The notes under the pieces are model-generated. The model ran no database searches. It was not told the DNA's origin and saw only the letters and a list, made by a program, of their open reading frames with translations. The translations under genes were made by a program, and so were the position numbers. Of a stretch of 64,000 nt of DNA, positions 31,645 to 56,354 are shown in pieces (positions within the stretch are counted from its first letter, which is position 1; each line of letters opens with the position of its first letter). Source of the stretch: the human T2T-CHM13v2.0 reference genome, Homo sapiens; the NCBI RefSeq assembly GCF_009914755.1, contig NC_060948.1; one strand, 5' to 3'.

Positions 31645-32400
31645 CAATTAATTTAATTAGGATTTAATTTAATTTAAATTTAATTGAGATAATTAAATTT
31701 ATAATAAGGATAATTAAATTAATTAATTTAATTAATGAAGTAATTAAATTAAATTAATTAATTTAATTAATGAAGCAATTAAATTTATTGATTAATTTAA
31801 TTAATGAAGTAATTAAATTAATAAATTTATTAATTTATTAATTTATATTAAATTAATTAATTTATTAATTTATATTAAATTAATTAATTTATTAATTTAT
31901 TAATTTATATTAAATTAATTATAAATAAATATAAATATTTAAATAATTAAATAATTAAATATTAATTTAATAAACAAATAAATATTTATATTTATAAATA
32001 TTAATTATATAAATATAAATAGTATATATTTTATATATAATTAATTTTATATATAAATTTATATATAATTTTATATAAAATTAATTATATAAACATTTAT
32101 AGCTATTAATAAATAATTATGAATATTAAATAAATATTAATTAATTAATTAATTGTATATTAATAAGTTGATAAATTTAATTATTGACAAGTATTAATAA
32201 ATAGATAATTGATAAATTTAATTATTTATAAATTTAATTATTTATTAATTACTTATAATTAATTATATAATAAAATAATTTATTAATCAAATTACTTTCT
32301 TAACTGATTTAATTGTTTTATTAATTAAATTAATTTTATTAATTGATTTAATTAAGTGCATGAAGTGTTTAATGAATTACTTAAATTTATTAATTAATTT
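31645..32400. repeat. AT-rich (TTAA/ATTA) low-complexity tract
   Basis: Almost entirely A/T, with many short palindromes. Confidence 0.9.
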
Positions 32401-32931
32401 AGGATGATTCCTACATCTCATACACGTGTCTTTAAGAAACGCCACACACTCCGAATTTAGTAATTCCTAAATGTCTGGCAGGCCTTCTCAGAGGAAGTGC
32501 TGTTTTTCTTTAACAATGGGAACCCTATTTTATCTGTCAGTGAGCAGTCCACACGTTGTAATTTTTTTCTTTCATACGCTGTGAAATATGAGGCATTTTT
32601 GCTTCCCCCAACCCCCTTTCTTCGGAAGACAGGGCTTCCTGCTGTCTGGTTTTGCTCTTGTAGCTGAACGTCGCTTGGGGCCAGCGAGATTTAAGCGGTG
32701 GTTTTGTGCAAAGCGTTGGAGCCTGGCTCATGAAGGCTGCTTGCAGAATTATGGATAATCCCGTTACCTGGGACTTCCCACTCTTGCAGCTTGCCAGAGT
32801 CAGAGAGGTGTTTGTTCTCTGACAACAAAGCCTTCTTTAAAATAAAATAGGATCCACAATTGCGCTGCTGGGCAAAACTTCGTGAGAAATAAAAACTGAT
32901 AAAACTATGTATATAAATGTTCTGAGAATGA

Positions 32932-35293
<2,362 letters not shown>

Positions 35294-35509
35294 TCAATAG
35301 AAACTTAAAAACAAACTTTACAATAAATCGTATAAAGGGAGAGAAAGTGCAATACACGTGCATAACGATTAAGAGACTCAATATTTTAAGGCGGCTGATG
35401 GAGTCTTCAGATTCACTTGTAGGTCTCATGTAATTCAAATCAACATTTCAATAGTTTTTTCTGTGGAACTGGAGGAACTGTTTGTAAAATGTAAATGGGA
35501 ATGGCACTA

Positions 35510-38022
35510 GAAAGAGAAGGGAATGGGGAGGGGAGGAGGGAGAGGAAGAGGAGGGGGAGGGAAAAACAAAGAGGAGAAAGAGGAAGAGGAGGAGGGGAGA
35601 AGGAGGAAGGAGAGATGGAGGAGGAGGGGAGAAGGAAGAGGAGGGAGATGAGGAGGGAAAAAGGCAGAGATGGGGAAGATAGCAAAGGAGGACAAAGAGG
35701 AGGAGAAGGAGGAGGCAGAGGAGGAGAATGAGAAGGGGAAGAAGGAGGAGGAAGAGGAGAAGGATGAGAAGGAGGAAGAGGAAAGGGAGGGAGAGAAAGA
35801 AGGAGGGGAAAGAGAAGGAGGAGGGAGAGAAAGAGCAGGGAAGGAGGGGAAGAGGAGGGAGAAGGAGGAGGATGGAAAGGGAGGAGGAGGGGGAGGGTGG
35901 GGAGGAGCAGGTGAAGGGAGGAGGAGGGAGGAGGAGGGAGAGGGTGGGGAGGAGCAGGTGAAGGGAGGAGGAGGGAGAGAAAGCAGGGAAGGAGGGGAAG
36001 AGGAGGGAGAAGGAGGAGGATGGAAAGGGAGGAGGAGGGGGAGGGTGGGGAGGAGCAGGTGAAGGGAGGAGGAGGGAGGAGGAGGGAGAGGGTGGGGAGG
36101 AGCAGGTGAAGGGAGGAGGAGGGAGGAGGAGGGAGAGGGTGGGGAGGAGCAGGTGAAGGGAGGAGGAGGGAGGAGTAAGGGGAGTGGGAGGGGGAGGAGG
36201 AGGGGAAGGGAGGAGGAGAAGGGAGGAGGAGGAGGGAGGAGAAGGGGAGGAAGAGAAGTGGGGGAGGGGGAAGGGGGGAGGAGGAGGGGAAGGGAGGAGG
36301 AGGACGGGAAGGGAGGAGGGGAAGGGAAGAGGAGAAGGGAGGAGGAGGAGGGAGGAGGAGGAGGCAGGAGGAGGAGGGAGGAGGAGGAGGGAGGAGGAGA
36401 AGGGAGGAGGGGGAAGGGAGGAGGAGGAGGGAGGAGAAGGGGAGGAAGAGAAGTGGGGGAGGGGGAAGGGGGGAGGAGGAGGGGAAGGGAGGAGGAGGAC
36501 GGGAAGGGAGGAGGGGAAGGGAAGAGGAGAAGGGAGGAGGAGGAGGGAGGAGGAGGAGGCAGGAGGAGGAGGGAGGAGGAGGAGGGAGGAGGAGGAGGGA
36601 GGAGAAGGGGAGGAAGAGAAGTGGGGGAGGGGGAAGGGAGGAGGAGGAGGGGAAGGGAGGAGGAGGACGGGAAGGGAGGAGGGGAAGGGAAGAGGAGAAG
36701 GGAGGAGGAGGAGGGAGGAGGAGGAGGGAGGAGGAGGAGGGAGGAGGAGGAGGGAGGAGGAGGAGGGAGGAGAAGGGGAGGAAGAGAAGTGGGGGAGGGG
36801 GAAGGGAGGAGGAGGACGGGAAGGGAGGAGGGGAAGGGAAGAGGAGAAGGGAGGAGGAGGAGGGAGGAGGAGGAGGGAGGAGGAGGAGGGAGGAGGAGGA
36901 GGGAGGAGGAGGAGGGAGGAGAAGGGGAGGAAGAGAAGTGGGGGAGGGGGAAGGGAGGAGGAGGAGGGGAAGGGAGGAGGAGGACGGGAAGGGAGGAGGG
37001 GAAGGGAAGAGGAGAAGGGAGGAGGAGGAGGGAGGAGGAGGAGGGAGGAGGAGGAGGGAGGAGGAGGAGGGAGGAGGAGGGAGGAGGAGGAGGGAGGAGA
37101 AGGGGAGGAAGAGAAGTGGGGGAGGGGGAAGGGAGGAGGAGGAGGGGAAGGGAGGAGGAGGACGGGAAGGGAGGAGGGGAAGGGAAGAGGAGAAGGGAGG
37201 AGGAGGAGGGAGGAGGAGGAGGGAGGAGGAGGAGGAGGAGGAGGAGGGAGGAGGAGGGGAGGAGGGAAGGAGAGAAGTGGGGGAGGGGGAAGGGAGGAGG
37301 AGGAGGGGAAGGGAGGAGGAGGACGGGAAGGGAGGAGGGGAAGGGAAGAGGAGAAGGGAGGAGGAGGAGGGAGGAGGAGGAGGGAGGAGGAGGAGGGAGG
37401 AGGAGGAGGGAGGAGGAGGGAGGAGGAGGAGGGAGGAGAAGGGGAGGAAGAGAAGTGGGGGAGGGGGAAGGGAGGAGGAGGAGGGGAAGGGAGGAGGAGG
37501 ACGGGAAGGGAGGAGGGGAAGGGAAGAGGAGAAGGGAGGAGGAGGAGGGAGGAGGAGGAGGGAGGAGGAGGAGGGAGGAGGAGGAGGGAGGAGGAGGAGG
37601 GAGGAGAAGGGGAGGAAGAGAAGTGGGGGAGGGGGAAGGGAGGAGGAGGAGGGGAAGGGAAGAGGAGGAGAAAAAGAGAAGGAGGAGGTGGAGGGAGGAG
37701 GAGGGGGATCAGGAGAAGAGGATAGGAGGAGAGGAAGGTGGGAGGAGGGAGAGAAGGGAAGAGGAAGTGAGGACGAGGGAGGAGGAGGGGAAGGGAAGAG
37801 GAGGAGAAGAGCAGGAGGACAGGGAGGGGGAGGGAGGAGGAGGTGGAGGAGGAGAAGAGGATGGGAGACGAGGAAGGTAGGAGGAGGAGGGGCAGGAGAA
37901 GAGAAGTGGGAAGAAAAGGAGGAGGGAGGAGGAGGAGGGAGGAGGAGGAGGGAGGAGGAGGGGGAGGAGAAAGGGAGGAGGAGAAGTGGGGGAGGGGGAA
38001 GGGAGGAGGAAGGGGGAAGGGA
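35510..38022 (+). repeat. 2.5-kb GGA/GGGA polypurine tract with cryptic 46-47-bp and 150-195-bp minisatellite units
   Basis: Almost entirely G/A. Marker aagtggggg at 36256, 36451, 36619, 36787, 36936, 37114, 37275, 37453 and 37621; gggtggggaggagcaggtgaa units at 35895-36160. Confidence 0.92.
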
Positions 38023-38335
38023 AATCGTGTTTCCAATGCATTTCTTGCTTCCGCGGAAATTGTCTATCAAATTCATGTCCTGCTTCCGTGATAATTGTCT
38101 TTCAGATGCATTTCTTGCTTCTGTGATAATTGTCTGTCAAATGCATTTCTTGCTTCCGTGGAAATTGGCTTTCAAATTTATTTCTTGCTTCCGTGATAAT
38201 TGTCTTTCAAATGCATTTCTTGCTTTCTTGGAAATTATCTTTCAAATTCATTTCTTGCTTCCGTGATAATTGTCTTTCAAATGCATTTCTTGCTTTCGTG
38301 GAAATTGTCTTTCAAATGCATTTCTTGCTTTCCTG
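38021..38335. repeat. 35-bp minisatellite, 9 diverged copies with dimer-like alternation
   Basis: Unit aattgtctttcaaat(g/t)catttcttgcttccgtg(at/ga); starts at 38023, 38058, 38093, 38128, 38163, 38198, 38233, 38268 and 38303. Confidence 0.92.
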
Positions 38336-38394
38336 GTGAACGGCAGCATAAAAGAATTCGCTAGGTGCTTCTGCTCTAATTTTGGTTGTTTAAC

Positions 38395-38586
38395 TTTTTT
38401 TTTTCAGTGTATGTGCAGCTTTTATTTTTTTTTAATTTTATTATTATACTTTAAGTTTTAGGGTACATGTGCACAACGTGCAGGTTTGTTACATATGTAT
38501 ACATGTGCCATGCTGGTGTGCTGCACCTATTAACTCGTCCTTTAGCATTAGGTATATCTCCTAATGCTATCCTTCCCCCCTCCCCC
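38395..38586 (-). mobile_element. 5'-truncated L1PA 3' end with a possible 15-nt 3' transduction
   Basis: ttattatactttaagttttagggtacatgtgcacaacgtgcagg; TSD TGGTTGTTTAAC (38383-38394, 38587-38598). Confidence 0.88.
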
Positions 38587-38626
38587 TGGTTGTTTAACAT
38601 TTTTATTTGATCCTTTTATTATTTAA

Positions 38627-39030
<404 letters not shown>

Positions 39031-39460
39031 TAGAGTTTTCCTCTCCCCTGCTGTGTGCCCAGCATGCTAAGAATGTAGCAGGATGAGCCTGTACAGACAA
39101 AACTCCTCAGACACCAGATTAAAGAAGGAACAGGTTTTCATTCGGCCGGGAGCGTCGGCAGACTCACGTCTTAAGAGCCGAGCTCCCCGAGAAAGAAATT
39201 CTTGGCCTTTTCAAAGGCTTACAGCTTTAAGGGGTCCACGTGAAAGAGTCGTGATATATGGAGCAAGCGTGGGGAATGTGACTGGGGGCTGCACGCGTCA
39301 GCCAACAGCACAAAAAGTTCTACAATGTTTTTTTCATACAGTGTCTGGAATTTACAGATAACACAAGTAGTTTAGGTCAGGGGTTGATGTTATTATTTTT
39401 ACTTTTTTTAACTCCTAGGGCTGGGCGGTGGTGCCAAGGGTGTCTGGCTACTTATCTTAC

Positions 39461-40994
39461 TGAGGTGTAGGGAAAAGAAAGACAAATCAGACTGTGACCG
39501 TGTCTATGGAGAAAGGAGAGACATAAGAGAGTCCATTTAGAAAAAGACCTGTACTTTCAACTATTGCTTTGCTGAGATGTTGTTAATGTGTAGGTTTGCC
39601 CCAGCCACTTTGACCCAACCTGGAGCTCACAAAAACATGTGTTGTAGGAAATCAAGGTTTATGAAATCGAGGTTATGAAATCAAGGGCTGTGCAGGACGT
39701 GCCTTGTTAACAAAATGTTCACGAGCGGTATACTTGGTAAAACTCATCGCCATTCTCTAGTCTCAATAAACCAGAGGCACGATGCACTGCGGAAAGCTGC
39801 AGGGACCTCTGCCCTTGAAAGCCGGGTATTGTCCAATTGTCCAAGCGGGGTATTGTTTCTCCCCATGTGATAGTCTGAAATATGGCCTCGTGGGATGAGA
39901 AAGACCCGACCGTCCCCCAGCCCGACACCCGTAAAGGGTCTGTGCTGAGGTGGATTGGTAAAAGAGGAAAGCCTCTTGCAGTTGAGATAGAGGAAAGCCA
40001 CTGTCTCCTGCCTGCCCCTGGGAACTGAACGTCTCGGTATAAAACCCGATTGTACATTTGTTCAATTCTGAGATCGGAGAAAAACCGCCCTACGGTGGGA
40101 GGCCAGACATGTTTGCAGTAATGCTGCTTTGTTATTCTTTACTCCACTGAGATATTTGGGTGGAGAGAAACATAAATCTGGCCTATGTGCACGTCCAGTC
40201 ATAGTACCTTCCCTTGAACCTAATTACGACATAGATTCTTTTGCTCACATGTTTGTTGCTGACCTTCTCCTTATTATCACCCAGCTCTCCTACTACATTC
40301 CTTTTTGCTGAAATAATGAAAATAATAATCAATAAAAACTGAGGGAACTCAGAGGCCGGTGCCGGTGCAGGTCCTTGGTATGCTGAGCGCTGGTCCCCTG
40401 GGCCCACTGTTGTTTCTCTATACTTTGTCTCTGTGTTTTATTTCTCTTTCTCAGTCTCTCGTCCCACCCGACTGGAAATACCCACAGGTGTGGAGGGGCA
40501 GGCCACCCCTTCACTGAGGGAAGAGAGAGACCCTCTCATATTGTTTTATGTTGTTTTATACTCATTACCTGTTTTAAGAAAACAGCAAGGAAGTGAGATC
40601 AAAGACAGGCAGCCCGGCGCCAGGCCCGAAACCAGGCCTGGGGCTGCCGGCCCTAAACCCAGTAGTTAAAACTCAACTCATAACTTAGAAACCGATGTTA
40701 TTCATAGATTCCAGACGTCGTATAGAAGAACACTGCGAAACTCCCTGCCCCGTTCTGTTTCTCTCTGACCACAGGTGCACGCAGCCCCTGTCACGTACCC
40801 CTTGCCCGCTCAAATCAATCACGACCCTTTCATGTAAAATCTTTAGTGTTGTGAGCCCTTAAAAGGGACAGAAATTGTGCATTTGGAGAGCTGGGATTTT
40901 AAGGCAGTAGCTTCCCGATGCTCCCAGCTGAATAAAGCCCTTCCTTCTACAGCTTGGTGTCTGAGAGGTTTTGTCTGAGGCTCGTCCTGCTACA
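39461..40994 (+). mobile_element. LTR2B-like solo LTR (first 5 bp at 39461-39465, body 40520-40994)
   Basis: tgagggaagagagagaccctctcatattg...cctgctaca; 4-bp TSD TTAC (39457-39460, 40995-40998). Confidence 0.82.
39466..40513 (+). mobile_element. HERV-K(HML-2) LTR5A/LTR5B solo LTR
   Basis: tgtagggaaaagaaag...ggggcaggccaccccttca, ~1.05 kb; 6-bp TSD CTGAGG (39460-39465, 40514-40519), typical of HML-2; AATAAA at 40331. Confidence 0.9.
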
Positions 40995-41506
40995 TTACTT
41001 TTGTGGGGTTTTTTTTTGTTTTTTTTCCAACTTCTTGCTTTTTCTCTCCTCCTGTCTTGTGAACTAGGCAAGGTGAGGGGAGGAGGGCAGCAGGAGGAGT
41101 ACTGGTCTCCTTCCTTAAGAATATCCCTGGAAACTCTCTTTCCCATCTTGCACGATGGCAGGTGAAAAAGTTGAGAAGGCAGATACTAAAGAGAAGAAAC
41201 CTGAAGCCAAGAAGGCTGATGCTGGTGGCGAGGTGAAAAACCGTCACCTCAAGGCTAAAAGGCCCAAGAAGAGGAAGCCCCATTGCAGCCACAACCGTGT
41301 CCTTGTCAGAGGAATTGGCAGGCAATCCCTATATCTCCCGTGTATTCCGGGAAGGCCGTGTACAAGAGGAAGTACTCAGCCACTAAATCCAACGTTGAAA
41401 AGAAAAAGAAGGAGAAGGTTCTTGCGACCGTTACACAACCAGTTGGCGGTGACAAGGACGGAGGTACCCGCGTGGTTAAACTTCGCAAAATGCCTAGGTA
41501 TTATCC

Positions 41507-42158
41507 TGAAATGCCTACCCTTGTTTTTACTTTAACTTGTTACTTTGAATATTGTTCTGCTTGTCTCTTTAATCACCTAGACCTGCTTCTCATGTAAATG
41601 AGACTCTCTCTAGGTGGGAAAGCCGGACAAACTCCAATTGACCACTTAATTTTCAAGACTCTAAGGGCTCCTCACCCAACCCCCTTTCCTAAGGAGTTGG
41701 CCTGGGTAAACAGATCCTCAGCATTTCAAACAAGCCCAATTAACTAATAAGGTACTGGCACCCACAATGTATGAAGTTCCCCAGGAATTTTCCTCCAAGA
41801 GATAACAACATAAAACCTTCAGTTTGTGTCCTGCATAGACCGTATATCTAATTATAATGAAAGATTTAGAACCTTGCACCTGCTACCGTTGCTCTTCTTG
41901 TCACCATTTGTCTTTTAAGTTGTTTATCACTCTGTAACCCTTTTGATTTTTTTCATTCTTGCATGTTTTTACTTCTCTAGAATTATTACATTTGAGTCCC
42001 CCTCCCCTTCCTAAACCTAGGTATAAAAGTTAATGGAGCCCCTTCCACGTGGCCGAGAGAATTTTGAGCGTTAGCCGTCTCTTTGGCCGCCGGCTTAATA
42101 AAGGACTCTTAATTCGTCTCAAAGTGTGGCGTTCTCACTAACTCGCCTGGGTACGACA
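41507..42158 (+). mobile_element. ERV1-class solo LTR (652 bp) inserted in the RPL6 pseudogene
   Basis: TG...CA termini (tgaaatgcc...gtacgaca); 4-bp TSD ATCC (41503-41506, 42159-42162); TATAAAA ~42023 and AATAAA ~42097. RPL6 homology resumes exactly after it. Confidence 0.88.
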
Positions 42159-42256
42159 ATCCTACTGAAGATGTACCAGTTAGCACGTGAGAAAACGGCG
42201 AGCCAGCATTATGCCCGGGACCATTCGGATCCTCCTCACTGGAGGCCACATGGGCA

Positions 42257-43340
<1,084 letters not shown>

Positions 43341-43805
43341 TAGCAGCGTGAGATTGATTAGAAAGCTGTGGACGCACAGATTTCACCAAAAATCAAAGCT
43401 ATTCCTCAGCTCCAGGGCTACCTAGGATCTGTGTTTGTCCTGACGAATGGAATCTATCCTCACAAATTGGTGTTCTAAATGTCTTAAGAACCTCATTAAA
43501 TAGCTGACTACAAAAAAAAAAGGAATATACCTGGAACAAGCAGCAGGTTCCGTAGCGGGAACTTCCTTGGAATCAAAGCACCTTAATCGGGAAGAGGTTT
43601 CCTCATCTCTCCTTCTTCTCACCTGCTTTCCTTTGCCCTGCAAAGGCTGCAGAACACACCGCCTCAAAACATGGGGCTTTGTCACAAAGATTTCTGAAAC
43701 GAAAGCCAGTGAGAAGAAGGACAGATGAGAAAACCTCTTCCCAATTAAGCCACTTCCTCATCACACCTTGTCTTACCAGGGACCAGGGACTCATGTGCCT
43801 GGTTT

Positions 43806-45731
<1,926 letters not shown>

Positions 45732-45734
45732 TCA

Positions 45735-46895
<1,161 letters not shown>

Positions 46896-47552
46896 ACAGA
46901 AAAATAGCTGAAGGCCACCGAGGCAGCTCATCCGTCAACACCCTCCACGTTTTATGTTTGAGGAAATCCAGAGACGTGTGTAATTGCCGCAGAATTCCTA
47001 AGACGTGTGTGAGCATGAAATGACATATGCACTAATACCTTTGCTGTAGGAAAAACACAATCTTCCTAGCCACGTTTACGACCCTTTCCCTCCAAGGGCT
47101 TTCGGATGCAAACGCATACACGCTAACGATGCAGAAATTAAAAGGTTCTCAACGTCCCCTGTGCAACTAAGGGGTTTTTTTGTTTTTTTCTTTTTGAAGC
47201 TGGTGTTTCCAGCATTACAGGTCGCGACCACCCAGTTGCAAAAGCCAGGCACGGAGCCAGGGCAAGGAGGAGGCGTAACTTTCTTTCTGCAAAGCGTGCG
47301 TGACTTCAGCAGCCCAGGCAAGATCCACAGAGGGTCCAGAAATAAGGCTCGGCCAAGAAGAAAATAGAAAATTGCTTGCTCGCTTGTAAAATTTAACTGT
47401 TCTTTGCAATGGCAGGAGCCACGATTTTTTTTTTTAATAACATGAATGCGTGAGTATGTGTGTCTAAGTGGACTTTGCCTCTAAGAATTTGGTAAAAAGC
47501 GATTTTAACTTCAGCCTTGGAGGGAATCTCTCAACCCACAGAGCTCAGCACG

Positions 47553-47808
47553 TCTTAAATTCATGGAGTTTTTGGCAAGCGCATGGGGGCACCGTCTCTA
47601 GCCCCTAAATACTCATTTTATGCGATTTTTTTTTTTCATCTTAAATTCATGGAGTTTTTGGCAAGCGCATGGGGGCACCGTCTCTAGCCTCCAAATACTC
47701 ATTTTATGCGATTTTTTTTTTCATCTTAAATTCATGGAGTTTTTGGCAAGCGCATGGGGGCACCGTCTCTAGCCCCTAAATACTCATTTTATGAGATTTT
47801 TTTTTTCA
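47553..47808. repeat. 3 tandem copies of an 85-86-bp unique sequence
   Basis: tcttaaattcatggagtttttggcaagcgcatgggggcaccg at 47553, 47639 and 47724. Confidence 0.93.
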
Positions 47809-47881
47809 GTTGAAGAAAATGTCAAAAGGTTGTCACAGCTGTGTGGAGGAAAAGTTAAACATTAAATTTGAACTCAATTGA

Positions 47882-50675
<2,794 letters not shown>

Positions 50676-50883
50676 AGTCACAGAAGCATCCCACCCTGGG
50701 ACGCCATCCCCAACCGAGGCCACGGCTCCTACAAGACTCAGCTTCAAGCCTCCACCTCTCCCTGTTGTCATTGACAAATGCCCCACTTCCAGCAGGGTCA
50801 TAGAAGGGCAAGTGGAGTCCCCTGCCCCTAAAGAGCCCAGCTGACCTTCCCCCACGTAAAAAATGACCTTCCCCCATTTTTTA

Positions 50884-52310
<1,427 letters not shown>

Positions 52311-52390
52311 GCTTTGACACAGTGAGTTAAAAAATCTATAAATACTCCATGATGTGGATGGTGATTCACAGAACTTTCCACAACTTTTAG

Positions 52391-52642
<252 letters not shown>

Positions 52643-53028
52643 TGAGCTCCTGACCTCAAGTGATCCGCCCGCCTCGACCTCCCAAAGTGCTGGGATTACA
52701 GGCGTGAGCCACCACACCTGACCACTAAGATATCTTTTTTTTTTTTTTTTTGAGATGGAGTCTCACTCTCGCCCAGGCCAGAGTGCAGTGGTGTGATCTC
52801 GGCTCACTGCGACCTCTGCCCCAAGTTCAAGCAATTCTCCTGCCTCAGCCTCCCGAGTAGCTGGGACTACAGATGCCCGCCACCATGCACGGCTATTTTT
52901 TTGTATTTTTAGTAGAGACGGGGTTTCACCGTGTTGGCCAGACTGGTCTGGAGCTCCTGACCTCCAGTGATCTGCCCGCCTCGACCTCCCAAACTGCTGG
53001 GATGACAGGCGTGAGCCACCACACCTGA

Positions 53029-53281
<253 letters not shown>

Positions 53282-53789
53282 TGATCCACCGGCCTCGGCC
53301 TCCCAAAGTGCTGGGATGACAGGCGCGAGCCACTGCGCCCAGCCAGTAGTTTCTTTTATGAGATGGAATCTGCTCATTTGAAAATACATTTTTTTTTTGC
53401 AAAAATCTTCAGACAATACTGAGTGTATCACAAAAATTAGCCACCACACCCAGCTAATTTTCTTTTATTATTATTTTTTGTAGAGATGGGGTCTTGCCGT
53501 GTTGTCCAGGCTGGTCTTGAACTCCTGCGCTCAAGGGATCCTCCCAGCCCAGCCTTCCCAAAGTACTGGGATGACAGGAGTGAGCCACTGCACCTGGCTT
53601 CTCGGTTCTTTGTTATCTGCCTTTTTAAGTCACACTCGGGGCCGGGAACACCCAGGTTTTCACCTAGGGCTTTCGGCTGTGAACCTGCCATGTCTGCTAC
53701 TGATCAGAAGTAATGATTATTTCAGAGGAGAGGGACAGGGGCCTCCCTCTGATTCACAATGTTCCCCAAAGGAGAGATAGCATCTGTGA

Positions 53790-54223
<434 letters not shown>

Positions 54224-54337
54224 TAAAACTCAATTTCCAGTACCCCACTGAGGAAAAAAGACAACGTGGTCATCGGCTTGCTGTGGGGTGAACACTGTCA
54301 TCGTGACCCTAAACCTGAGTCCCTGGGTTCCCATTTA

Positions 54338-54717
<380 letters not shown>

Positions 54718-54907
54718 TGAGTAACTGGGATTACAGGTGCTCGCCACCACCGCCTGGCTGATTTTTATATTTTTGATAGAGACGGGGTTTCACCATGTTG
54801 GCCAGGCTGGTCTCGAACTCATGAGCTCAGGAGATCCACCCACAGCGGCCTCCCAACGTGCTGGGATGACAGGCGTGAGCCACTGCGCCTGTATACACTT
54901 ATTTTTA

Positions 54908-55366
<459 letters not shown>

Positions 55367-55482
55367 TCACTCTGTCGCCCAGGCTGGAATGCAGTGGCAC
55401 AATCTCGGCTTCATTTGCAACAATGTATAAACCTAGAAAACCTGAGACAGGTCGGGGCACAGCTTGGTTTTTTTTGTTTTGA

Positions 55483-55914
<432 letters not shown>

Positions 55915-56354
55915 TGAGCGGCTCACACCTGTCATCCCAGCACTTTGGGAGTCCGAGGCAGGTGGATCACGAGGTCAGGAGTTCGAGACTACCCTGGCCG
56001 ATGTGGTGAAACCCCGTTTCTACTAAAAATACAAAAATTAGCCAGGCGTGGTGGCTTACGCCTGTCATCCCAGCACTTTGGGAGTCTGAGGCAGGTGGAT
56101 CACCTGAGGTCAGGAGTTTGAGACCAGCCTGGCCAACATGGCAAAACCCCGTGTCTACTAAAAATACAAAAATTAGCCAGGTGTGGTGGCGGGCACCTGT
56201 TATCCCACCTATTTGGGAGTCTGAGGCAGGAGAATCGCTTGAACTCGGGAGGCGGAGGTTGCGGTGAGCCAAGATCGTGCCCCTGCATTCCAGCCTGGGT
56301 GACAGAGTGAGACTCTGTCTCAGAAAAAAAGATAAAAGAAAACAGAAAAAAAAG

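Larger units (their letters stand above)
39074..41117 (-). mobile_element. LTR2C/LTR15-like (HERV-E group) solo LTR, split by nested insertions (parts 39074-39460 and 40999-41117)
   Basis: Minus strand reads taaggaaggagacc...tcctgctaca; 4-bp TSD AGAA (39070-39073, 41118-41121); homologous to the LTR at 43806-45109. Confidence 0.82.

Noticed and set aside
35440-38266. Very long ORFs (878, 862, 575, 513, 442 aa) of Pro/Ser/Leu or Gly/Glu/Arg
   Set aside because: They are open in several frames on both strands because a polypurine tract cannot encode stops; there is no gene structure.
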